IMG/VR virus record: IMGVR_UViG_3300035395_000108
Span: 1-60,558 of that record
Strand: one strand, 5' to 3'
From: a virus
Lineage: Duplodnaviria > Caudoviricetes
Length of the DNA stretch: 60,558 bases
Positions 47,109-57,074 of this stretch are shown here, one piece after another. The position numbers were made by a program, and so were the translations under genes. Below the pieces are notes generated by a model, which had not been told where the DNA came from, did not search any database, and saw only the letters and a list, made by a program, of their open reading frames with translations. The first letter of the stretch is position 1. Each line of letters begins with the position of its first letter.

Positions 47109-47504
47109 ATGAAAATACTAGAGGCTTACGTTTCTAAGGGAAACCATACTAACATAACAAAGGTTAGTGATAATTGGTGGAGAATTAATGAAGATTTGGT
47201 TTATATTGTTATAACCAGTGATTGCATGGTTAAACATGTTGTCCCTAAAGGATTTGAGTGCGACATGGCATCTATTCCACCACAATTTTTGTGGTTACTT
47301 GGAAGCAAACCATATGTTATGTCTATAGCCTCGATTTTGCACGATTATTTTTACAAAAACCATGGTGTCAACAGAGATTACGCTGATATAGTTATGTTAA
47401 GATTGATGGAAAAATACAACAACCCAAAAGATAACTGGAAAAAACAAGCTATCTATTGGGCTGTTAGAGCGTTCGGGGGTAAACCTTGGAAAACTAAAAG
47501 TTAA
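47109..47504 (+). CDS. DUF1353-family protein
   Basis: VPKGFECDMASIP...ASILHDYFY...AD....IYWAVRAFG. Confidence 0.8.
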   Translation: MKILEAYVSKGNHTNITKVSDNWWRINEDLVYIVITSDCMVKHVVPKGFECDMASIPPQFLWLLGSKPYVMSIASILHDYFYKNHGVNRDYADIVMLRLMEKYNNPKDNWKKQAIYWAVRAFGGKPWKTKS

Positions 47505-47904
47505 CTTGAGAGTTCTCACTGATATCTTTAATATAAGAATCACTTAGGCTTAGTGAACTTGTAGTTTTCCATACAATCTTGTTATGTGGGGCAACTACAT
47601 AGATAGCATTTTTGTTTGCTAAAGTTGATGGGTAACTTTTCTCCTCAACTTCTTTAATCTGAAGTCTGCCTAAACCTGGCAATGTTACCTCTCCTTCGGC
47701 AAGAAGGGTTTCTCTAAGTGTGCTGTATACATTTAGCAGTAGTTTTGAGGCTTCCACTTTAGTTACATTTAGCTTGCTAGCAAGTTTGCTAGTAAGGATT
47801 ACATTTTGAGTTATTGTTGGTAGATTAGTAGTTACAGGTTTGTCTACTTTAGGGATATCTTCAGTAGATACTTTAACTTCACTTACATTTTTCTTAAAAG
47901 CCAT
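47494..47904 (-). CDS. HU/IHF-family DNA-binding protein with N-terminal extension
   Basis: LASKLNVTKVEA...LAEGEVTLPGLGRL...VAPHNKIVWK. Confidence 0.75.
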   Translation of the reverse strand: MAFKKNVSEVKVSTEDIPKVDKPVTTNLPTITQNVILTSKLASKLNVTKVEASKLLLNVYSTLRETLLAEGEVTLPGLGRLQIKEVEEKSYPSTLANKNAIYVVAPHNKIVWKTTSSLSLSDSYIKDISENSQVNF

Positions 47905-47914
47905 TTAAAACTCC

Positions 47915-49036
47915 TTACCTATAGAGGCTTTCTCTATACTTGTTAATAATATCCTGTGCTTTTTTAGCAGAGTCATTTGTTGTTTTACCTGTACCAGTGC
48001 TCATCTGTGGTTTGAACTTTTGGTTTTGGGTATTTGCCATTGTTCCAGGTTTCTGCATTTTTTGGAATGACTTGTAAACCGGTCCAATTAATTCAGTTAA
48101 TTCAGCTTCCAATTGTTTTGGGCCAAAAGTTTTACCAGAGCGAACTTGGTTCATACCTTTCTCCATAACAATGTTTAAATATTTATCAAACCATTTATTA
48201 TCACCAGAAACTTGTGAAATGTAGTCGGATACTTGTTTATATTTTCCTACCATTCCCATTTTCCAGGACTCTAGTTTTTTGGTTTCAACATCCAAAGTAA
48301 ACTTGTTGCGTTCTTCTTGGATTTTGTTAAGTTCATTTTTTACTCGGCTGTCTTGTTCTTGTGGAGCTTTATATTTGCTATTCCACTCAAGCTGTTCAGC
48401 TCTATATAAGTTAGGGTCTTTAGCTATCGCATCTAACTCGTGATATGTTTTACTAAGGAACATAAGTACATCTTTAGGATTAGCCGTAAACATTAGGTCT
48501 CTTAATGTTTCAGTTAGGAATTGTGAGGGACTGTTATCAAGTTTTTCTTGTAAAGCTCTTCCAATTTCGGCATCTTCCTTTATAGAATCAAACTCAGCTT
48601 GAAGGTTTTCATATTTCTCATAAACCTTTTCAGCTATCAAAGCTTTCTCAAGGTAGCCTTCTAACTGCTCTCTTGAGTTAATATCAAGGGATACTTGCCC
48701 TAATTCATCATATTCACCTTGGAATTTGATTGGTGAGAATTGTTGGTTAGGGTTTTGATTAGGTTTCCTCCCTAACTCTTTCATATTAGGTTTTTGCCTA
48801 GGAAGCTGTTGACCTTCATTGCCTTCATTAAGTGCAGCAATTAAATCTTCAACATCTATGCCCTGAACTTCAGCCATATGTTCATACAGCTCACGTTCAC
48901 TATTGAAACCTGACTCACGCAACTCTTGGTAAAAGTTTTTATTGCGTTCACCAGCTATATAACTATCATAATCACCTTGCGGTATGCTGAAGTCATCTCC
49001 GCCCATACCACCTAAATCATTACCAAATTCAGCCAT
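47915..49036 (-). CDS. Capsid scaffolding protein
   Basis: Directly after the portal; acidic N-terminus, coiled coils, short C-terminal helix. Confidence 0.65.
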   Translation of the reverse strand: MAEFGNDLGGMGGDDFSIPQGDYDSYIAGERNKNFYQELRESGFNSERELYEHMAEVQGIDVEDLIAALNEGNEGQQLPRQKPNMKELGRKPNQNPNQQFSPIKFQGEYDELGQVSLDINSREQLEGYLEKALIAEKVYEKYENLQAEFDSIKEDAEIGRALQEKLDNSPSQFLTETLRDLMFTANPKDVLMFLSKTYHELDAIAKDPNLYRAEQLEWNSKYKAPQEQDSRVKNELNKIQEERNKFTLDVETKKLESWKMGMVGKYKQVSDYISQVSGDNKWFDKYLNIVMEKGMNQVRSGKTFGPKQLEAELTELIGPVYKSFQKMQKPGTMANTQNQKFKPQMSTGTGKTTNDSAKKAQDIINKYRESLYR

Positions 49037-49054
49037 AAAACCTCCATAAAAATA

Positions 49055-51004
49055 TTAAACAGGTGGTAACTCACCGCCAGCTGGAGGTGGTTTTTCACCA
49101 CCTGGAGCTCCACCGCCCTCAGCTGCCCCAGCTGTTAATTCAGCAAGAGCATCCATGTGTTTCTCTCTGTGTTTAACAAAATTCTCTTTAATCACAGAAT
49201 CCATTACCTCGAACTCCTGAGAGTTCATATAAGTAGTTAACGAGAATAAATGCTCCTTGTGCTCCTGATATTTCTCTACAGGAACATTAACCCCTAAAGA
49301 TAATTTTAGGTTCTCTGCATTTTGCACTTCTCTAGCACCTTCTGCAAAGGTTTTCAAGGATAACACATCACCGTCTACTAGCAATCCTAGCAGTTTCTTC
49401 ATGTCTATGCCAGCTTCCTGAGCTATTCCCATTTTAATTATTTCTAGTATTTGATTTTTACGAGCCGCAGGGTCTGCCGGAATCATCATACCAAAGTCAA
49501 CTTGTAGAACATATCCGCCCTCCAAATCGCTTCCCTTAAAGAATGCTAACTCATCTGACAATTCACCGCCAGCAATAGATAACCATCGGCTATCCCCAAC
49601 AAACTGTTTAGCTAGGGCAATCCCTTGTTCATATATCTTTTGAATAAAACGCTTTTTCTTATTGAAAAGTCTTATCCTAAATTTATCATCTTGCTCAATA
49701 GCCATCTGTATAGAATAAGAAGATAGTTCTCTATTTATCTGACCTTGAGAAAACTCACCCATTCCCCAAAGTTCATGGATTTCTCGCAATATTGATTCTT
49801 CAATCTTCCAGAAGTCCCCTGAAACTGCGGTTGGTCTAAGATGTTCTGGCCTGTTGCCTGAATGTGGTGAATAAGGGATTGCTTTATAGGTTGCATCACT
49901 TAGCACTTCTTCTGGAATCTCACCACTTGGATACATCAAATGTATTTGTCCATGGAGCATAGCATTGTTCAAAACAACTGAGTAAACTGTTGACAAGGTG
50001 TCAAAAGTTGTACTAGCTAAAACAAGTCTACTCATACCATAAGGACTATCAGCTATATCTACATCAGTTAACATTATAAATGGTAGTAACCCATGTTCAT
50101 AAGGGTGCGGTTTGATATCTGTAAGGTACTCTGGATTCTCTAAGTCAACAAAATAGAAAAACTTACCTTGCCAGTTATTCCAAGGTAACTTCTTTTCCCA
50201 ATACTCAAATACTGGTATTGTATCTGGCGTATCATCACCTCCAGACATTCTGTCACCATATGGCCCATAGTTTTGCTCTTCCCTTTTCTTAAGGTATTTA
50301 TCTATAACACCTCTTCTTTCTGGGAATGCATATTTCACTTGTTCGACCGGCATATATATTCTGCGAATACACTTTGTTGCCTCACGAAATGTTTTTGCAG
50401 CAGGGTCAACAAAGAAATCCCTAGGGCTAACATCTGTTACCTCAAAATCTCCGAGAGCTTCATTAGGGTTGCTTAGTTGCTCAGGACTAGGTAACCCAGC
50501 GTAAGGGTTCCAACCAATATAAGCAATTCCAGTTCCTTTACAAGCACAGTTTAAGTAAACTCCGCTTTCCAGAACCTCATCTAGCTCAGTAATTTTTCTG
50601 AAATACTTAACAAACTGTTTGGCAAACTCGGCAGCTCTAATATCTGATTGACTTGTAGTCATCGGACTTATTGTTACTGTCGGGTCACTTACTGTTAGTT
50701 TGCCTTGTAAGAACAGGGTTGCTTGGCAAGCTTTAAGTGTTACTGGGGTTAACTCATTTTGCCCAGCAACAGTTCCCAAATCTTCTAATTGCAACAAACT
50801 TTGGATGGCTTGGTTAGTGTCCATGGCATTGAAACGGTCTCTACCTTTCCTATTGATTACTTGGTAAACTGTATCACAGTAATCATATTCAGGTTCCATC
50901 TCTCTTTGCAAAGCTAAAGATTTATCAATAAACTGTTTTAAGGGTTTCTTAAATGACTCTGCTTCCCTCTGCTTCTCTATAAAATTAACTACTTTAGGAT
51001 TCAT
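49055..51004 (-). CDS. Portal protein (podoviral, P22-like)
   Basis: GTGIAYIGW, VSPRDFFVDP, HPYEHGLLPFI, PYGMS; 649 aa; downstream of TerL. Confidence 0.85.
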   Translation of the reverse strand: MNPKVVNFIEKQREAESFKKPLKQFIDKSLALQREMEPEYDYCDTVYQVINRKGRDRFNAMDTNQAIQSLLQLEDLGTVAGQNELTPVTLKACQATLFLQGKLTVSDPTVTISPMTTSQSDIRAAEFAKQFVKYFRKITELDEVLESGVYLNCACKGTGIAYIGWNPYAGLPSPEQLSNPNEALGDFEVTDVSPRDFFVDPAAKTFREATKCIRRIYMPVEQVKYAFPERRGVIDKYLKKREEQNYGPYGDRMSGGDDTPDTIPVFEYWEKKLPWNNWQGKFFYFVDLENPEYLTDIKPHPYEHGLLPFIMLTDVDIADSPYGMSRLVLASTTFDTLSTVYSVVLNNAMLHGQIHLMYPSGEIPEEVLSDATYKAIPYSPHSGNRPEHLRPTAVSGDFWKIEESILREIHELWGMGEFSQGQINRELSSYSIQMAIEQDDKFRIRLFNKKKRFIQKIYEQGIALAKQFVGDSRWLSIAGGELSDELAFFKGSDLEGGYVLQVDFGMMIPADPAARKNQILEIIKMGIAQEAGIDMKKLLGLLVDGDVLSLKTFAEGAREVQNAENLKLSLGVNVPVEKYQEHKEHLFSLTTYMNSQEFEVMDSVIKENFVKHREKHMDALAELTAGAAEGGGAPGGEKPPPAGGELPPV

Positions 51005-51300
51005 GCTCTGTATGCTCCTCTAGCTAATCTTGGAGAAATGCTTTGAAGCTTTGATACTTTGTCAGCGGCATCTTCGTATTTCTTAAGTTTACCCTCAAGC
51101 TCCTCAACTTTCTTCGATAGTTTGTTAAAGTCTTGAATAATCCCACCTGTTGTTGAACACAGGCCTTCATACTCTTTACCCAAATATTCATGAGTTTGTT
51201 TGAGTTTGGCGTAATTACACACTAACTCGTAAACCCTAACGTACAAGTAAACAACACTGAGTGATGTTATAAATAGAAAAACACTTAAAATATAAACCAT
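51001..51300 (-). CDS. Membrane-anchored coiled-coil protein
   Basis: N-terminal TM helix followed by heptads. Confidence 0.6.
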   Translation of the reverse strand: MVYILSVFLFITSLSVVYLYVRVYELVCNYAKLKQTHEYLGKEYEGLCSTTGGIIQDFNKLSKKVEELEGKLKKYEDAADKVSKLQSISPRLARGAYRA

Positions 51301-52838
51301 TAGCGACGCCCTCTATATGAAAGTTTCATTCTGCCAATTCCATAAACCTTGTTAGGCTTCTTCTGTACCTTCATGTTATCACGTTTAAGAGTTTCCTTCA
51401 ACTTCTCTAGTGCTATCTCTTGCTCACTCCTTGGTCTCGGAGGCGTTGGTTTAATCTTTGGTGGCGGTGGAACTTCTCTACAAAAGTAAAGAATGGTGTC
51501 AAGCATGTGCATTTTTGATTTACCTTTGGGTTTCCCCTCAGCACTCCATTCTATATCTTGAATTTGTCTAATAGCATCACCACATGTTTCAAATATTTTA
51601 AGTCTACCTTGGTTAAACAGTTTTTTTGATTCCATTATACCTGCATTGATGTTCTTTTGAATACTGGGTCTGAATAGTTTTCTTACCCCTTCGTCAGCAC
51701 CAAACCAAGCTTCATGGTTATCATAAATAGAAAGTGCCCATTCAGTAGACTGCTCTAACCTTACTATCTCTTTTAGAATAGTAACAGCATCAATGCCAAC
51801 AGATGATTTACCTATCTCTGTAGATTGGTACATAAACCAGTCATTGGTTTCCGGGTCTTCTGCGAACCAACTTATACCTGTCTTATGTGCTGCAGGGTCT
51901 GCAACTCTAGCTTTCCGCCAATGTGAAGGTATCTCAAATGGTTTAACAATATCAATATTGCAATCAGAATATATCTTTCCATGTTTACTTTCAAAATACC
52001 AGTCCCCATTTAACCTTGCTTCCCTTTCTGCTGGTGGTAAACAATCCCATTCAGCCATAACAGTTGCTAACCTTTGAGGGTTATCACGGTAATGTGGGTT
52101 AGCTGTAAGTGACCAGGAGTGAAGCTTCATAGCCCCAGTTTTACACTTTTCATCTAAGTAATCTTTTATCTCAACATTTTCAATTAAAGGTGTAAACCCA
52201 CAGATAACCGTTCCGTCGCAGTCAAAAGTACGTGTAACCATTTCACTAATAATCATACGGTCATTTGGCATTTCATCTAAGACAACCAAATCAATAACCC
52301 TACCCATAGCAGTAGTTAACTCTTGCGAGTAACTCCTAGTTTGGATAATATCCCCATTCCTAAAGGTAATGGATTTTATAGGTTTCTCAGCAATAGCATG
52401 ATATGTTATCATCTCATTGCCTTTGTCATCTGTATAGTACCACTTAGGAACCATGGCAAATAAGTATTTCTTTAAAATAGTATCCATAACGAAGTCAAAG
52501 CTAGGTGCACCAACCCAGATTTGCATTGGCTTAGTCTTCTCGTATTCTATCCCTAACTTTTTACAGTTATATCTTAATTGATAGGGGTGATTACGCATAA
52601 GTACCCAAGCTAGATGTCGTATGTTACTAAATGTTTTACCCGCCCTATTACCGCAACGTAGTAATATTTGTGAACTTAAATCCTTGAAGAAAGCTTCTTG
52701 CTCTGGAAACGGTACCACACCCTCCATTCCTGGGATAAATGCGTTTTCTAGTTTCTCCTTATGCCGCATTTCAGCTTCAACAAGTCTTTGGTAAGCATGG
52801 TAGGTTTCTAAGTATTCGGTTTCAGTCTTCATTGCCAT
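51300..52838 (-). CDS. terL: Terminase large subunit
   Basis: Walker A GNRAGKT; Walker B VVLDE; FTP motif III; nuclease ADP and HMLDT..Y. Confidence 0.92.
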   Translation of the reverse strand: MAMKTETEYLETYHAYQRLVEAEMRHKEKLENAFIPGMEGVVPFPEQEAFFKDLSSQILLRCGNRAGKTFSNIRHLAWVLMRNHPYQLRYNCKKLGIEYEKTKPMQIWVGAPSFDFVMDTILKKYLFAMVPKWYYTDDKGNEMITYHAIAEKPIKSITFRNGDIIQTRSYSQELTTAMGRVIDLVVLDEMPNDRMIISEMVTRTFDCDGTVICGFTPLIENVEIKDYLDEKCKTGAMKLHSWSLTANPHYRDNPQRLATVMAEWDCLPPAEREARLNGDWYFESKHGKIYSDCNIDIVKPFEIPSHWRKARVADPAAHKTGISWFAEDPETNDWFMYQSTEIGKSSVGIDAVTILKEIVRLEQSTEWALSIYDNHEAWFGADEGVRKLFRPSIQKNINAGIMESKKLFNQGRLKIFETCGDAIRQIQDIEWSAEGKPKGKSKMHMLDTILYFCREVPPPPKIKPTPPRPRSEQEIALEKLKETLKRDNMKVQKKPNKVYGIGRMKLSYRGRR

Positions 52839-52842
52839 AAGG

Positions 52843-53142
52843 TTACTTTCCAGCTAGTCTTCTAGCTCTAGCCCTAGCCCTAGCTTTGTTGGATTCCGCA
52901 GTGTTTTGTGCTCTAGTTCCCTTACGAAACTTGCCACCATCTTTTTCATGATGACTGCCTCCGGTTGTGTGATTAGCTGTTACATTATAGCCAGGGTCTT
53001 TTCCGCCATTGTTACTTATCATTTTCTCTCTGGCAACAGTTATAACTTTACCGTAACCATCTGGTCCTTTAACATGTTTTGACCTGCACATAGCATATCC
53101 CACATTTCCACCTCGTGTTGCTAATTTATCTTTAATAGCCAT
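52843..53142 (-). CDS. Small basic protein, possibly a degenerate HNH packaging-associated protein
   Basis: TANHTTGG...RAQNTAESN; first gene of the packaging operon; AAGGAG RBS. Confidence 0.5.
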   Translation of the reverse strand: MAIKDKLATRGGNVGYAMCRSKHVKGPDGYGKVITVAREKMISNNGGKDPGYNVTANHTTGGSHHEKDGGKFRKGTRAQNTAESNKARARARARRLAGK

Positions 53143-53175
53143 ACATTGTCTCCTTAGATAGTGTTGTATATATTA

Positions 53176-53204
53176 AGGATAGCTTAGTTATCTGCATAGG
53201 TCAA
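53176..53204 (-). promoter_or_regulatory. Promoter of the packaging operon
   Basis: TTGACC-17-TATCCT on the minus strand. Confidence 0.65.
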
Positions 53205-53348
53205 GTTAACGGTTGACTAAATGGTTTACATGTGTTGGATGATGTCAACTAGTTGATTATATTGTGACACGATTTTGTGTTGAATACAATCAACACCTTT
53301 CATCAAATCCCACATTTCACAAATTTGTGAAACGTGGGAAATTAATTA

Positions 53349-53377
53349 TTGCTTAATGTGATAGCCTGTGATATAAA
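53349..53377 (+). promoter_or_regulatory. Candidate antirepressor promoter
   Basis: TTGCTT-17-TATAAA with TGTG extension. Confidence 0.55.
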
Positions 53378-53413
53378 AAAGATGTCCTAAAAACCCTGTT
53401 AAATTTTTAGGAC
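53375..53413 (-). terminator. Minus-strand intrinsic terminator inside the ant leader
   Basis: GTCCTAAAAA...TTTTTAGGAC hairpin followed by ATCTTTTTT on the minus strand. Confidence 0.55.
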
Positions 53414-53494
53414 TGTTAGTTCAAGATACTTATTTTTTAGCATGCCTCTGGGTATCTTGTCAACAAAAAATTTGCATGCTAGAAGGAATTTATT

Positions 53495-54295
53495 ATGACA
53501 AGTTTTATTTCAGTGCTTCATAGCGAACTAATAACTATATCAGCTAATGAGCTAAACGGGAAAATCGTGAATAGCGTTAGTTTGCGTGAGGTACATGGTT
53601 TTGTCGAATCGAAACAGCATTTCGCCGATTGGGCAAAAGACAGATTAGCTGATTACAGAGAGGGCATTGATTTCACAGTTAATCATAATTCTATGAAAAA
53701 CCCTCTCGGTGGACGACCACAAATTGACTATATTGTTTCTTTGAACACTGCAAAACATATTTCTTTGATAGAGCGAAACGTAAAAGGTAGGCAACTCAGG
53801 GAGGATTTAATAGATAAGGAAGAAAAATACATACTTTTGTTAGAGGAGAATATGCGTTTAACAACACAGTTAGAAGATAAAACAAAAGTAATCCCACCAA
53901 AAGCAATCCAGCCAAAAGTAATCGCACCTAAACCTGAAACACTAATCCCACAGGATACGCTGCTTGAGTTGGAAATGTTAAAACTAGAAAACCAAGCATT
54001 AAGGGAAGCAGTAAAAGAGAAACCCAAACGCAAACCAAACTATCCAAGAGTTGAACCGATAGAAGTTGAACAAGAAGACGGCACAATGGAAACAGTATGG
54101 TTCCACAAAGGTGGCTCAAACGTTCCTTGCGAACTGTACAAAAACTACGCCTCGCTAATTAGGGCAGTTGCTAATGTGGAAGCTTTAGTGGAAACTATTA
54201 AAAATGAAGTTACCCTAGAAGAAATCCCTGAACAAGTGTTCGGCTCTAAAATGAAGTTAACAAAATTGCAGTATATCTTAAGCGTGTTTTGGTAG
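53495..54295 (+). CDS. antA: AntA/AntB-family antirepressor
   Basis: VSLREVHGFVESKQHFADW...EGIDF...GGRPQIDY...AKHISLIERN.KGRQ.R. Confidence 0.85.
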   Translation: MTSFISVLHSELITISANELNGKIVNSVSLREVHGFVESKQHFADWAKDRLADYREGIDFTVNHNSMKNPLGGRPQIDYIVSLNTAKHISLIERNVKGRQLREDLIDKEEKYILLLEENMRLTTQLEDKTKVIPPKAIQPKVIAPKPETLIPQDTLLELEMLKLENQALREAVKEKPKRKPNYPRVEPIEVEQEDGTMETVWFHKGGSNVPCELYKNYASLIRAVANVEALVETIKNEVTLEEIPEQVFGSKMKLTKLQYILSVFW

Positions 54296-54399
54296 CCACA
54301 CACCTATAAATATTTTTGACTAAAGGATTACTTGCGTGCTATCGCAGTTCTATGGTACATTAAAGTTAACATGAACATTTTACGAAAGGAATGTACGAT

Positions 54400-56157
54400 A
54401 TGGCTAACGATTTTAACAAATATGACTATGGTAATGGGGCTAACGCCATTGGCATAAATGGTAACTTCCATGGTGGTAACCTGCTTAAACTTATACAAGA
54501 AGGTCGGTCAACTGCTTTATGGGTTGACTTAAACGGTATTGACCTTTGTATTACTAAAGGTATAAAACCAGGTGGCGAATGGAAGGGTGGATTGAACATT
54601 GAGAAATCATATATGGTTGACCCTGGAACTGGTGCTTCAGCAGGTTTTGACTTAGTTAACGGTAGGTTTGCTAAAGGAGACTTTAGTCAACACACTAAAT
54701 ACACAGCTAACCTTAAGCATTCAACACTAACTCTTGAGTGGCAAAACCAACCTTACGAATCATTGTTTGATTCTGAAACTAAGGCTTACTCTTCTCCAAA
54801 AGAAGAACAGTTTAAATATAAAGTGCAAAACCACCGTTCAATTATGACTCTAATGAGTTTAACTGACGGAACAGGTAGACTTGCAACTGTTTCAGGTGTA
54901 GAGGGAAGGTCAACTGGGTTATCAATAATAAAAGCAGCTGCTGCTTCAATTGAATACAAACCAGTTAAGTTAGATATTGATTCAACATCTTTCTCAGCTG
55001 TCGGCTCAATCGCTCACCTTTATGAAACATTAGTTATCTCTATTGTAGGCGTTTCTTATGATGAAGATAATAACGGTACTAAAGACAAAACTATTGCAAC
55101 ATGTATTCCAAGACTATTGATGTTAGGTTTCCGTGAAGAAAACACTGCTGATGCTCCTGTATACTATGATGCTTTCAGAATTGTTAGAGTAGAGGTTACT
55201 AAAGGTTACATTGAAGTAAACCCAGGCAGAATTGCTGAACTTGATTCAGCTGCTGTAAATGGTTTCTACATGAACTCTGATTTGGCTACTACTAAATGGT
55301 GTGCACACACTGGTAACGCTGCTAACGGATTACAAATATTCCCTGCTTGGGGTAGACCTTGTGACCCTTCTATAGCTAGTGGTAAGTCTATGGCTGCTGC
55401 AATCAGTACTCATGGATTCCAAGCTGTTTTCGCTCCAGCGGTTGCTTTCTCTGATACAACTTTTGTGAAAGCTGCTTACCTTTATCACCCAGGATTCATT
55501 GTTCCAATCCAAGACAAAATGAGACAATGTTTAGGTTTAGGTTGGTCTCTTACTACTGACTTAGGTTTACTTAACCCTTACTGGTCAACTGGTATTAGAG
55601 CATTACTTTCTAACGTTGATAACACTGTTCATGGAATGAAGAGACCTTTAGTTCCAATGTTCTTACCAACTGACGTTGATATGGCTGGCGGTGTTTTCAC
55701 TGCTGACGGATTTATTGACATGGTTGTTAGACATACTCAAAGAAACAGAAACAAGAAGTTAGCAACTAACATTATACCAGTTAACCCTATTCTATATGGT
55801 AACTTGATTAAACAGTTAGGCGATAACAAACTTATCCATATTAACGATAAGATTAACTTGGGTGAATCAGGTGGCGGTGGTATCTCTATAACTATGTTTA
55901 ACACTAGATATGATATAATCCCTTGCACAGAGATGCCTCTAAACTTTATTCCAATTATGGAAAAAGGTGCAATTAACATGTACGACGGTAAGATGAAAGA
56001 TGTTGCGGTTTCTGGAGCCGACACTTTCTTAAAACTTCACCCTGACTACAACGAAAGAATCAACGTTTCACAAAGATACAAATTTGTTTCCCACGAGTTA
56101 ACAATGTTCTCTCCTCGTGATGCGGCGTATATGTTCAACTTCACAATGCCTGTTTAA
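54400..56157 (+). CDS. Probable major capsid protein with a central insertion
   Basis: Strong high-expression codon bias; GAAAGGA RBS fits ATG 54400; L.DGTG.LA and GIRAL landmarks of podoviral capsids; no other capsid candidate. Confidence 0.6.
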   Translation: MANDFNKYDYGNGANAIGINGNFHGGNLLKLIQEGRSTALWVDLNGIDLCITKGIKPGGEWKGGLNIEKSYMVDPGTGASAGFDLVNGRFAKGDFSQHTKYTANLKHSTLTLEWQNQPYESLFDSETKAYSSPKEEQFKYKVQNHRSIMTLMSLTDGTGRLATVSGVEGRSTGLSIIKAAAASIEYKPVKLDIDSTSFSAVGSIAHLYETLVISIVGVSYDEDNNGTKDKTIATCIPRLLMLGFREENTADAPVYYDAFRIVRVEVTKGYIEVNPGRIAELDSAAVNGFYMNSDLATTKWCAHTGNAANGLQIFPAWGRPCDPSIASGKSMAAAISTHGFQAVFAPAVAFSDTTFVKAAYLYHPGFIVPIQDKMRQCLGLGWSLTTDLGLLNPYWSTGIRALLSNVDNTVHGMKRPLVPMFLPTDVDMAGGVFTADGFIDMVVRHTQRNRNKKLATNIIPVNPILYGNLIKQLGDNKLIHINDKINLGESGGGGISITMFNTRYDIIPCTEMPLNFIPIMEKGAINMYDGKMKDVAVSGADTFLKLHPDYNERINVSQRYKFVSHELTMFSPRDAAYMFNFTMPV

Positions 56158-56190
56158 TACAGGCATAATTAAAACTGAAAGGAGTTGATA

Positions 56191-57063
56191 ATGATTAATT
56201 TAACTAATAGTTTAGCGGAAAGATGGGGAGCACAATTGCTTTCCACTTACAAGGGAACTTCTGTTAAGGGTGGAGCGAGATATCTTCTAGCCAAACTTGG
56301 TGGTGGTTTTGGTCAAACGTTTGTTGGTCAAGCTTTGGAAGCACCAACAACTAATGCTTTCATAGATTCTATTGATGATGACTCAAATGATGTTAACTTA
56401 GCTAGAGTTAGCTGTAGTAACCTTTATGTTTTCACATCTAATGTTGATGCTACTGCAACACCAGCTGCCACAGTTGTTATAGATAGTTTGGGAACAGGTT
56501 CACTAGATTTAACTTTGGCAAACAAAAACTTACAAAAAGCTGTTGCTGGCTTTATGCTTGGCGATGGTGCAACCATTATACCATTGGTATCAAAGACAGA
56601 TTCGTTTGTTGTTGATATTCATTTAGATGATATAACTGGGTTGGAACTAGCTAACACAGCTGCTAGAGCACAATTTGGCGTTGTTGGTGATGTTGCTGCC
56701 GATGTTGACGATGTTATTGTTAATGTTCCAGGAACAGATGCTATCTTTGTAGAACTATGCGAACAGAAATTTAGAGTATGTGCTGTTGTTGATAGCGTTG
56801 CTACCTATTCAGCTTGGAGTACTTCTATATTACATAGCGGACAAGGGTATCATTTGGAACTATCTGTAAACTTCGGTGCACATGATATTCAAACAGTATC
56901 TTGTTCTGTTAGCGGTAAAGGTTCTGTTGGGATAGAGGTTCCTTCAGGAATAGTTAACACTATGACAATATTTGGTAGAATAGGTCACTCAGCAGCTTAC
57001 ACGTTAGCCAGTGGTTACAAAATGACAACTAAAGTACAGAGTATATCTCTGTTAAAATCGTAA
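56191..57063 (+). CDS. Putative capsid decoration or minor head protein
   Basis: Follows the capsid gene; beta-rich; AAAGGAG RBS. Confidence 0.5.
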   Translation: MINLTNSLAERWGAQLLSTYKGTSVKGGARYLLAKLGGGFGQTFVGQALEAPTTNAFIDSIDDDSNDVNLARVSCSNLYVFTSNVDATATPAATVVIDSLGTGSLDLTLANKNLQKAVAGFMLGDGATIIPLVSKTDSFVVDIHLDDITGLELANTAARAQFGVVGDVAADVDDVIVNVPGTDAIFVELCEQKFRVCAVVDSVATYSAWSTSILHSGQGYHLELSVNFGAHDIQTVSCSVSGKGSVGIEVPSGIVNTMTIFGRIGHSAAYTLASGYKMTTKVQSISLLKS

Positions 57064-57074
57064 GGAGTTTTGTT

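Noticed and set aside
53143-54295. Complete lysogeny module
   Set aside because: An antirepressor is present, but no integrase, ParA or clear CI repressor is in the window, so the lifestyle cannot be settled.
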